Assembly (NCBI GenBank): GCA_963741945.1
Contig: CAVUKA010000002.1
Span: forward strand, 96,001-160,000
Source: an uncultured Gemmatimonadales bacterium
GTDB lineage: Bacteria > Gemmatimonadota > Gemmatimonadetes > Longimicrobiales > RSA9
Length of the DNA: 64,000 nucleotides
Direction of reading: 5' to 3'
Positions within the stretch are counted from its first letter, which is position 1. Each line of letters starts with the position of its first letter. The translations under genes were made by a program, and so were the position numbers. The notes beneath the pieces were generated by a model. That model saw only the letters and a program-made list of their open reading frames with translations. It did no database searches and was not told where the DNA came from. Of this stretch, positions 16,679 through 27,779 are shown piece after piece.

Positions 16679-17419
16679 TCAGCCGGGCCGCTGCAGCGGG
16701 GCGGGGACGACGGCGAAATCGCGCCGGCGGGCACCGGCCGCGGCGTGCTCCCGTCGCACGAACCGCTGCAGTGCCCACCGGTCCCTGAGGGGCTCGCCGT
16801 GGCCGAAGCAGACCACGGCCGGGTCGAGGTCGGCCAGGCGACGGGCCGATGCGAGGTTCCGCTCGTAATCGTGGACGAGGAAGCGGTAGGGCCACGCCAG
16901 CCCGTGCTGCAGCGTCAGGGGATTGCGGTGGAACAGTACATCGCCCAGCACCAGGACCCGGTCCTGCTCGCGCCAGAACGCCAGGTGACCGGGCGTATGT
17001 CCGGGCGTCTCCAGGACCGTGAACCCGCCCACGACGTCGCCCTCACGGATCACCCGGGTCACGGCGTGGCCGGGCCCCGCGAGCCGCCGCGCGAGCCGCG
17101 CGATGAAGCGATCCCGATCCGGGTAGAGGAGAGACCCGTCTCCCGCCTCCACGGCCTGACGCTCGGGGCCGCCGCACGCCAGCGGGATTCCGAGCGCGTC
17201 GCAGAGGCCGTGGGCCCCGCCCTGGTGGTCGAAATGACCGTGGGTCAGGGCGAGGCCGGCAACGCGCTTGCCGCCCAGCCTCTTCAGGATCCGGCGCACG
17301 GCTCCCGGCCCGCCCGCGTCCACCAGGACATCGCCCATCAGGTAGACATTGACCAGGTCCAGCGGGAGGAGGGCCAGCCGGAGCAGGCCGGGCACCACCT
17401 CGGTGAAAGCCGCCATCAT
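16679..17419 (-). CDS. Metallo-beta-lactamase-fold hydrolase
   Basis: THGHFDHQGG, TPGHTPGH, GD, FGHG motifs. Confidence 0.88.
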   Translation of the reverse strand: MMAAFTEVVPGLLRLALLPLDLVNVYLMGDVLVDAGGPGAVRRILKRLGGKRVAGLALTHGHFDHQGGAHGLCDALGIPLACGGPERQAVEAGDGSLLYPDRDRFIARLARRLAGPGHAVTRVIREGDVVGGFTVLETPGHTPGHLAFWREQDRVLVLGDVLFHRNPLTLQHGLAWPYRFLVHDYERNLASARRLADLDPAVVCFGHGEPLRDRWALQRFVRREHAAAGARRRDFAVVPAPLQRPG

Positions 17420-17610
17420 GCGCACCTCGGAGGATCTGCGGGATGACCGGAGTCCCGGCCCATCGCCTGCCACAATGTGGTCCCGGCGGGCCGGGGTAAC
17501 AAGGCGCCCGCAACCGCGACGCGTGGCAGCGGCTGACACCCAACCCTATGGGATCCCGTAGTGTCCAACCGTCCGAAGCCACGACTCGTGACCCCGACCT
17601 GTGAACTGCC

Positions 17611-20355
17611 GTGACGATTCGATCGCTGTACCGGACGGCCCTCGTGATGGGCGCCTGCGCGCTGCCCCTTCCCCTGCTGGCCCAGTCCGCCGCGCCGCCC
17701 GAGAGCGGGCAGACGGCGCCCTCGAGCTCGGTCCGGCCCAGGGCGATGGCCGCGGCCGCGGAGGAAGAGATCACCATCGATGGTCGGCTCGAGGAGGGCT
17801 CGTGGCAGGCGGCGCCGCCCATCACCGCATTCTGGCAGTCGCAGCCGGAAGAAGGGCAGCGGGCATCGCAGGACACCGAGGTTCGCGTGCTGTTCGGGCG
17901 CTCGGCGCTGTACATCGGCGCGCGGATGCAGCAGGCGGGCGGCGTCGTCGCCCCGCTGGCGAGGCGGGATCAGCTGCTGGACTCGGACGGCAACAACGGC
18001 TCGTTCAACTCGCTGACCACGGACAAGCTCATCGTCCAGCTCGACCCGTACCACAACCGCCTGGACGAAGTCTGGTTCGAGGTGAACCCGGCGGGCGTGA
18101 AGGGTGAGCAGCTGAACGGCGATCCTTCCTGGGACCCGATCTGGGATGCCGCCGCGCGGGTGGATGCGGATGGCTGGACGGCCGAGATGCGGATCCCGTA
18201 CAGCCAGCTCCGCTTCTCCACCGACTCGATCCAGACGTGGGGGATGCAGATCCTCCGGTACGTGGACAGCCGGAACGAACAGGACATGTGGTCGTTCCGC
18301 CGGCGCAGCGAGCCGTCCGGGCCCGCCTACTTCGGTGACCTCACCGGGATCAGCATCACGCACCGGCCGCGGCAGCTGGAAGTGCTGCCCTACCTGGTCA
18401 CGGGGAACACGTTCCGACACGCGGACCGGGCCGACCCGTACCACGACGGGAGCGACGCGCGCCTCGCCGCCGGCGGAGACATCAAGTACCTGCTCACGTC
18501 CAACCTGACGCTGGACGCCACCATCAACCCGGACTTCGGCCAGGTGGAGGTGGACCCCGCCACGCTCAACCTGAGCGCGTTCGAGACGTACTACGACGAG
18601 AAGCGCCCGTTCTTCGTCTCCGGCGCCAGCGCGTTCCGTTTCGGCGGGATGTGGTGCATGTTCTGCAGCAACGCGTCGTCGCTGAACGCCTTCTACTCAC
18701 GGCGGATCGGCCGACCGCCGCAGCTGGACGGCTACGTGGATGACAATTCGGCGTTCGCCGACACCCCGGACAACACGGGCATCCTGGGCGCCGCCAAGAT
18801 CACCGGGCGCACGGCGGGCGGGTACAGCGTGGGGCTGCTGAACGCGGTCACATCACGGGAAACGGCCACGTTCCTCCCGTCAGCCGGCGCCGCGGAGGAG
18901 TCGCAGGTGGTCGAGCCGGTGAGCAATTACTTCGTCGGCCGCGTCAAGAAGGAGTTCCGCGAAGGCGCCACCACGTTCGGCGGGATCCTCACATCGGTGG
19001 TGCGCAACACGTCCGATCCGCTCGTGAAGGATCGGCTGCGCGGCCATGCGGAGGCGGCCGGTTTCGACTGGAACCACGCGTGGCACAACCGCGAGTACAG
19101 CTGGATGGGGAACACGCTGTTCTCCAACGTGGGCGGCTCCACCGACGCCATTGCGAGGACCCAGCGCTCCAGCGCCCATTACTTCCAGCGCCCTGACCGC
19201 CACGTCGACCGCGATGGCCTGTTCGGCACCGCGTACGATCCATCGGCCACGTCGCTCCGCGGCTACGGCCTGTACACGCGCGTGGCCAAGAACGCCGGGA
19301 CCTTCCGCTGGGAGGCCATGAGCAACGTCCGGAGCCCCGGCTTCGAAACCAACGACCTGGCCTTCCTGAACGAAGCGGACTACGTCTGGCTCAACGGCAA
19401 CATCGCCGGGAACTGGACCACGCCCACCAGCTGGTATCGGAGCATTTTCACCTCGTTCGGCGGCGCCACCCGCTGGAACTACGACGGCGACCGCACCGAG
19501 GCCGCGCTCCAGACCTTCTTCGCCATGGAGCTCCCCAACTACTGGAACATCCGGATCATGGGGATCCACAACGCGGCGGCCTTCGACGACCGGCTCACCC
19601 GCGGCGGGCCAGTGGTCAAGAAGGACGGCTACGATGTGGCCAGCATCAACGTGTCCACCGACGCTCGCGCCGCCGCCGTCTTCGACCTCGGCATCCAGGG
19701 CGCCCGGGGGCTCAGCGACGGGACCCGCTTCCTCCAGGTCACTCCCGGCCTCGCCCTCAAGCCGGCCGCCAATGTCTTCATCCAGCTCTCGCCCAGCTAC
19801 CGCCATGACGAGAACGCGGCGCAGTACGTCACCAGCGTCGACGACCCCGCGGCCACGGCGTTCTACGGCGAGCGCTACGTGTTCGCCTACATCACCACCA
19901 ACACGGTGTCACTCGACACGCGCGTGAACTGGACGTTCACCCCCAACCTAACGCTCCAGCTCTTCGCCCAGCCGTTCATCGCCAGCGGCGACTATTCCTC
20001 CTTCCGGGAGTACGCTGCCCCGCGCACGCTGCAGCAGAACGTGTACGGCAGGGACGCGGGCACCATCGCCTACGACAATCAGGACAATGTCTACACCGTC
20101 GACCCCGATGGAGCCGGACCCGCCGGGACCTTCACCTTCGACAATCCCGACTTCACGGACCGCGCCCTGCGCGGCACTGCCGTGCTGCGGTGGGAATACC
20201 GCCCCGGCTCCACCCTCTTCTTCGTCTGGACCCAGCAGCGGTCGGGGAGCAGCGCGAGCGGAGCGTTCGACTTCGGCCGCGATGGCGGAGCCATCTTCCG
20301 GGATCGTCCGATGAACGTGTTCCAGATCAAGGCCACGTACTGGCTCGGGCGATAG
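17611..20355 (+). CDS. CBM9-like/DUF5916 outer-membrane protein
   Basis: ITIDGRLEE..W, GWTAEMRIPYSQLRF, LDATINPDFGQVEVD, EKRPFF, FYSRRIG, LRWEYRPGSTLFFVW, C-terminal KATYW. Confidence 0.88.
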   Translation: MTIRSLYRTALVMGACALPLPLLAQSAAPPESGQTAPSSSVRPRAMAAAAEEEITIDGRLEEGSWQAAPPITAFWQSQPEEGQRASQDTEVRVLFGRSALYIGARMQQAGGVVAPLARRDQLLDSDGNNGSFNSLTTDKLIVQLDPYHNRLDEVWFEVNPAGVKGEQLNGDPSWDPIWDAAARVDADGWTAEMRIPYSQLRFSTDSIQTWGMQILRYVDSRNEQDMWSFRRRSEPSGPAYFGDLTGISITHRPRQLEVLPYLVTGNTFRHADRADPYHDGSDARLAAGGDIKYLLTSNLTLDATINPDFGQVEVDPATLNLSAFETYYDEKRPFFVSGASAFRFGGMWCMFCSNASSLNAFYSRRIGRPPQLDGYVDDNSAFADTPDNTGILGAAKITGRTAGGYSVGLLNAVTSRETATFLPSAGAAEESQVVEPVSNYFVGRVKKEFREGATTFGGILTSVVRNTSDPLVKDRLRGHAEAAGFDWNHAWHNREYSWMGNTLFSNVGGSTDAIARTQRSSAHYFQRPDRHVDRDGLFGTAYDPSATSLRGYGLYTRVAKNAGTFRWEAMSNVRSPGFETNDLAFLNEADYVWLNGNIAGNWTTPTSWYRSIFTSFGGATRWNYDGDRTEAALQTFFAMELPNYWNIRIMGIHNAAAFDDRLTRGGPVVKKDGYDVASINVSTDARAAAVFDLGIQGARGLSDGTRFLQVTPGLALKPAANVFIQLSPSYRHDENAAQYVTSVDDPAATAFYGERYVFAYITTNTVSLDTRVNWTFTPNLTLQLFAQPFIASGDYSSFREYAAPRTLQQNVYGRDAGTIAYDNQDNVYTVDPDGAGPAGTFTFDNPDFTDRALRGTAVLRWEYRPGSTLFFVWTQQRSGSSASGAFDFGRDGGAIFRDRPMNVFQIKATYWLGR

Positions 20356-20471
20356 TCCGCGGACGGCGGCGCGGCGCGCGGTCCGGCCCGTGAAAGTGGA
20401 CGGACCGTGCGCGCCGACGCCCGATCGGGGGCGGCATCCAGGTCTCGCTGCAGCCCGACTGGGGCACTCCC

Positions 20472-20843
20472 CTACTGGAGCACGGACAGCGTGTTCGCGC
20501 GAATCTGCCACCGGACCTGTGCGCCGTCGAAGAGCGTGAACTCGCGGGAGATGCTCGCGGCGCCGCTCGGCTGGTCGGACACCAGGCGGAAGTTGCCGGA
20601 GAAGTCGGCCGCGGAGTAGGTCAGCGTCCGCTGGTCTCCGGCCTCGATGGTTCCGAGCGTCGCCACATCCTTGTCGTTCCTGCGCAGCTTGATGGTCACG
20701 CGCGCCTGGGGCTGCACGTCGTTGTAGACGATGAACGAGGCCTGCTTCTCCTCACCGCCACCGCCCGAAAGGATGCCCAGGCACCCCGTGCTGAGAACGG
20801 CCAGGGCCAGAACGGCGATGATGCTCGATATGCGTGGCTTCAC
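20472..20843 (-). CDS. Small hypothetical lipoprotein
   Basis: GTG start with GGAGG RBS; MKPRISSIIAVLALAVLSTG|C lipobox; beta-rich body. Confidence 0.7.
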   Translation of the reverse strand: MKPRISSIIAVLALAVLSTGCLGILSGGGGEEKQASFIVYNDVQPQARVTIKLRRNDKDVATLGTIEAGDQRTLTYSAADFSGNFRLVSDQPSGAASISREFTLFDGAQVRWQIRANTLSVLQ

Positions 20844-21184
20844 AATGTCCTCCGGCGAGGGGTTGAGTACAGGCCGCAAGGTTGATGCGGATGTCGTGCC
20901 ATGGCCGCGCCCGACCGGGTGGCGGCCGTGCCCGCTCCCGCGCGGAGAGAGGCGCGAACGAAAGGCTTGCGCCCGGGGCCCCCCGCTGCAGAGTTGTCGC
21001 TCCGCCGTTGCGTGGCGCTCCCAGGGAGAGATCGCGCGGCGGCCGGGCGCCGACTGCCCCCCACCCGCAGTGCGGCGTTCTTGCGGGAGTGGCGGTCGAC
21101 ACCCGCTCGGCACCCCCGCCCGGGGGTGCACGAGTTCGGCCCGCTCCGGCGCGGGCCGGTCCCTCTATCATCCGGAGGTCGCTC

Positions 21185-21820
21185 ATGCGCACGATGCCCC
21201 TACCCGCACTCACCCTCACTCTGGCGACCGCCGTTCTCGCGCCCGGGCTCTCGGCCCAGGGCGCAGCGGCGCCCAGGGCCGGCTCTCCCCCACCCTCCGA
21301 GCTCGCGGCGATCCGCGTGGCCACCGAGAAGTACAAGGACATCGACGCCGCCCTGGCGGACGGCTACGTGGACCCGCTCCACATGTGCGTCAGCGCGCCC
21401 ATGGAGGGGCAGCCGAAGCAGCTGGGCGCCATGGGCATCCACTACGTCCGCCCCGACCTGCTGGGGATCACCACGGACCAGCCGCGCGTGGACGGCACGG
21501 GGACGAATACGGATTTCGTCCACCCCGCCGTCCTGATCTACGAGCCCGAGGCGGACGGCTCCATGGTGCTGGTCGGGATCGAGAACCTGGTCTGGGCGAA
21601 GGCGTGGAAGGACGCGGGCAATCAAGGGCCGCCCACCTTCCACGGCAACGAGTACTACTACATGGAGGACAATCCGGGGACCGCGGTGGACGAGGCGCAC
21701 GGCTTCATGCCGCATTACGAGCTGCACTTCTGGCTGTACCGGGAGAACCCCGCCGGCATGTTCATGCCGTGGAACACGGCGGTGACCTGCGCCAACTTCC
21801 ACCCCGGAAAGACCGACTGA
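21185..21820 (+). CDS. Secreted hypothetical protein (GAMGIHY / LHxW..NPxG family)
   Basis: Signal peptide; KYKDIDAALADGY, CVS, GAMGIHY, LIYEP, YELHFWLYRENPAGMFMPWN..C; GGAGG RBS. Confidence 0.75.
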   Translation: MRTMPLPALTLTLATAVLAPGLSAQGAAAPRAGSPPPSELAAIRVATEKYKDIDAALADGYVDPLHMCVSAPMEGQPKQLGAMGIHYVRPDLLGITTDQPRVDGTGTNTDFVHPAVLIYEPEADGSMVLVGIENLVWAKAWKDAGNQGPPTFHGNEYYYMEDNPGTAVDEAHGFMPHYELHFWLYRENPAGMFMPWNTAVTCANFHPGKTD

Positions 21821-21943
21821 ACCCGGGAGAGCGGCACACCCGTGGCGTGCGCTCCGGCGGATGACACCGTCGTCCCGGGGCACCGGGCCCGTCCGCCGCG
21901 CGGGCGGGCCCGGGCATGCGTGGAGTCGCCGCCGCGGCGGGCG

Positions 21944-22150
21944 CTATTCGAGGGCGATCTCGCCGCTGATGACGTGCTCGTCGAGCACACCATCGATGCT
22001 CAGGACGGCGCGCACCTGGAGCGTCTCCCGGCCGCCGAGGCGGCCCGACTCCACGGCCGCGCGTACGGCCCGCTCGATCTCACGCTGCGACGTTACGCCG
22101 AACGTTTTCAGGAACTTCCGGATCTCCATGTTGAAGCGTTCCTCGTTCAT
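21944..22150 (-). CDS. DUF6494-family small protein
   Basis: MNEERFNMEIRKFLKTFGVTSQREIERAV; AGGAG RBS. Confidence 0.8.
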   Translation of the reverse strand: MNEERFNMEIRKFLKTFGVTSQREIERAVRAAVESGRLGGRETLQVRAVLSIDGVLDEHVISGEIALE

Positions 22151-22315
22151 GGCTGGCTCCTGATTGGAAAGGGGGTACGCTGCCGTCGAAAGGAAATGGT
22201 TGTACCGGCGATGTCCGCGACGCAAACTTCCGGGGTGCACCGCGCTCTCCGGCGCCCCCACTCCTCCGACTCCCACGGACCGATGCCGCTGACAACCACC
22301 CCGCCCACCCCACCC

Positions 22316-22984
22316 ATGCGGACCACGGCCACTCGCCGGTCCTTCGCGGTGCATGCCGCCGCGGCCGCCGCGCTCTGGCTGGTCCTGGCCGGCCTCGTGC
22401 TCCCCTTCGGAGTCGCCTCCCTGGCCGGGCTCACTCACCTGGAATCGTCGGTCCCCGAGTACGTGCTGGCCACTCTCATCATGCTCGCAGGCGGAGCACT
22501 CGGCGGCGGCGGATTCGGCCACTTCATGGGCCGCCACGCCGGCGGCGACGCCCGCCGGAGCGCGCGCGCAGCCGCCCTCGGGTTCGCGCTGCCCGCCCTC
22601 ATCGCGGCCATCCTCCTGGGCACCGCCGAGCCGGTGGCGCTCCGTCTGGCCGCGGCCGGCCATTTCAAGATCCACGTCATGTTCACGTTCATGTTCGCCT
22701 CCGCCACGCTCGCCGTGGCCGGCGTTCTCGGGCTCGTGCTCGGCCGGACGCTCGGGGGCGAACGGCTTGCGCGCAGGACGGCCGTGAGGGGGGGCATTGC
22801 CGCGGCATCGGCGTTCCTGGTGGCGGACGTCGCGCAGGATCTGCTCGGCCGCCGCGTGGGCGGCCCGGGCGCCGCCGCCACGGCCACCATGCTGACGGTG
22901 GCGGGCGTCTGCCTCATCGTGGCGGCGGCAGCGGCGGGCGCGGCCATGGCGCGCGTGATCGAGACCCGCGCGGCGACGCGTTAG
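22316..22984 (+). CDS. Hypothetical multi-pass membrane protein
   Basis: About 6 Ala/Leu-rich TM helices; start uncertain. Confidence 0.65.
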   Translation: MRTTATRRSFAVHAAAAAALWLVLAGLVLPFGVASLAGLTHLESSVPEYVLATLIMLAGGALGGGGFGHFMGRHAGGDARRSARAAALGFALPALIAAILLGTAEPVALRLAAAGHFKIHVMFTFMFASATLAVAGVLGLVLGRTLGGERLARRTAVRGGIAAASAFLVADVAQDLLGRRVGGPGAAATATMLTVAGVCLIVAAAAAGAAMARVIETRAATR

Positions 22985-23020
22985 GCCGCGAGCAGACGGC
23001 GCGAGGCCGCCCGCCTCCAC

Positions 23021-24544
23021 TTAGGGGATCGGCCGCTCGATCACCGCGATCCGGCCGTCGACCTGCGGGACGAGCAGCTCGCTGCCCCGGACGGCCAGCG
23101 CCACGGGCTGGACGATCCCCGGCACCGTGAACGCGCCGGTCACGCGCTTCCCGTCCAGGTCGATGAGGAGCAGCGTGGAGAACGCCGCGCTGAAGGCGTA
23201 CAACGTTCCGTCGGCGACGGTGGCGCCCGTCACCACGTAGTCGCCGAGCTCGCGCCCCGGCCCGGCCAACGCCAGTCCGGGCGCCAGCTCCGGCACGAAC
23301 TCCGAGGAGAGCACGAGGTCCCGCCGATCGAAGCGCGAGACCACCAGCTGCCGATGGCGCGGGGATGGCACGCTGACCGTGACCAGCGCGCCTGCCGCCA
23401 CATCGTAGGCGAGCGAGAGCGCGTACATCTGCCGGGCGCGCACCGTCGCGAAGCGGGAGCGGCGCAGCTCCGTTACCGCCCCGTCCGTTTCCAGGAAGTG
23501 GCGCCACTCCAGCGCCTCGTCCGCCGCGGGGTCGGGGCGGAGCAGCACATAGCTCTTGTTCCGGGAGAGCACCGCCGCCGTGTCGCCCAGGAGCGCGGCA
23601 CCGGCCAGCGGCGTGAGATCGATGCTGAAGCCGGGATCGAGGACCACGCGGTGCACCACCCGGGACATTGTCGGGTCGAGCCAGTACACGCCGAAGCGGT
23701 CCGTCACCGCGAGCACGGAGCCGCCTTCGCCCGCGACGGCGCCCGGATCCGCGGACGGCCCGGGGGCCGTGACCGGGGACGTCGCCAGCCCCGTCAGCTT
23801 CCCGTCCAGTGCCGCGCCGATCCGCTCCCAGCCCACGATGTCCAGCCGGGGGAGGCCCGTCAGCGGCCCGTGCGCCGGATCCGCATCGACCTCCAGGTGC
23901 GCCGGGTCCGGCGCCGGGATCGTCCAGGACCCGCGCCAGGAGATCGCCCCCGTCGCCTCCTCCTGCGACCAGACCCAGTGCCGCGGATTCCACGACAGCC
24001 GGATGGGATCGCCCTGGCCGAAGTACGGCGGCGGTCCGGTGGACGCGAACGCCTGCACCGCGTTGGCCCCGGTGAGGACCACGAGCAGCGCCATGGCGAA
24101 GCGGCCAACGCGCCCCGGCCTCAGCGCCGGATCGCCCTCCAGCGGGCCGCGGAAGAAGAGCAGGAGCACGCCCGCCACCACCAGCACGATCCAGTGGATC
24201 ACGCCCGCCCAGACGTAGGTGTGGGCGCCCAGGATGTTGCCCGCGAAGCCCTGGCCCACGTCGCGCGCCAGGTGCAGCGCCGAATGCCGCAGCGCCATGA
24301 ATGCGCCCCACGCCCCGAGCAGCACCAGCATCCCCAGGTAGCGCGGGCGGGGGCCGTAGCGGATCACGAACACGCCCACCAGCGCCATGAGCAGCATGGA
24401 CGTGCGCTGCGCCCAGCACAGGATGCACGGGGACTCGCCATGCACGAAGCCGAGCCAGAGGGCGCCGCCCACGGGGACCACGAGGAGCGCGATCACGAGC
24501 CACGCCAGCACCTGCCGCAGGCGGGCGTCCGTGAGCCCGGTCAC
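23021..24544 (-). CDS. dsbI: DsbB-family protein of Campylobacter DsbI type with C-terminal beta-propeller
   Basis: GESPCILCWAQR CxxC, DVGQGFA...GAHTY.W, NAVQAFASTGPPPY.GQGDP.R, long periplasmic C-terminus. Confidence 0.8.
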   Translation of the reverse strand: MTGLTDARLRQVLAWLVIALLVVPVGGALWLGFVHGESPCILCWAQRTSMLLMALVGVFVIRYGPRPRYLGMLVLLGAWGAFMALRHSALHLARDVGQGFAGNILGAHTYVWAGVIHWIVLVVAGVLLLFFRGPLEGDPALRPGRVGRFAMALLVVLTGANAVQAFASTGPPPYFGQGDPIRLSWNPRHWVWSQEEATGAISWRGSWTIPAPDPAHLEVDADPAHGPLTGLPRLDIVGWERIGAALDGKLTGLATSPVTAPGPSADPGAVAGEGGSVLAVTDRFGVYWLDPTMSRVVHRVVLDPGFSIDLTPLAGAALLGDTAAVLSRNKSYVLLRPDPAADEALEWRHFLETDGAVTELRRSRFATVRARQMYALSLAYDVAAGALVTVSVPSPRHRQLVVSRFDRRDLVLSSEFVPELAPGLALAGPGRELGDYVVTGATVADGTLYAFSAAFSTLLLIDLDGKRVTGAFTVPGIVQPVALAVRGSELLVPQVDGRIAVIERPIP

Positions 24545-24708
24545 AGGTTCACCCCGGGCACCAGCGACGTGTGCGTGCCGATCAGGAAGAGCGCGGCCAT
24601 GAGGATGAAGCTGAGCACGAGCAGCATGAACGCCAGCCGCTCACGCTCCGGCCGCCGCCAGACCAGCCATCCCGCCGCCAGGATGATCACGAAGTTTAGG
24701 AATTCCAT
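24541..24708 (-). CDS. dba: Dba-like DsbI accessory small membrane protein (55 aa)
   Basis: MEFLNFVIILAAGWLVWRRPERERLAF...VNL; overlaps the dsbI start (GTGA); size, position and pattern fit Dba as I recall it. Confidence 0.7.
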   Translation of the reverse strand: MEFLNFVIILAAGWLVWRRPERERLAFMLLVLSFILMAALFLIGTHTSLVPGVNL

Positions 24709-24837
24709 GGGCGGAAAGGATGGCGCGAGCGGCGGGAGCGGGCAAGCCGGCGCATCGCGCGGTCCTTGTCCGATCCGGCAATGTCGCGGCACATTGTCCC
24801 GCGTTCGTCCTTCCCACAGCCACCTCGGAGTGTTTCG

Positions 24838-27660
<2,823 letters not shown>

Positions 27661-27677
27661 GCCGCCGGACCGTGCAC

Positions 27678-27706
27678 GGCCGCGGAGCTGCCCCGGCTCC
27701 GCGGCC
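27678..27706 (+). terminator. GC hairpin downstream of the S9 gene (no U-tract)
   Basis: GGCCGCGGAGC-N7-GCTCCGCGGCC perfect 11-bp stem. Confidence 0.4.
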
Positions 27707-27779
27707 CGCAACGGTTGCGGTGCGCGCCGGGTGTGCGGCAAATTGCATCCGCTTACCGTAGCCCCTGCCCGGAGATCGC

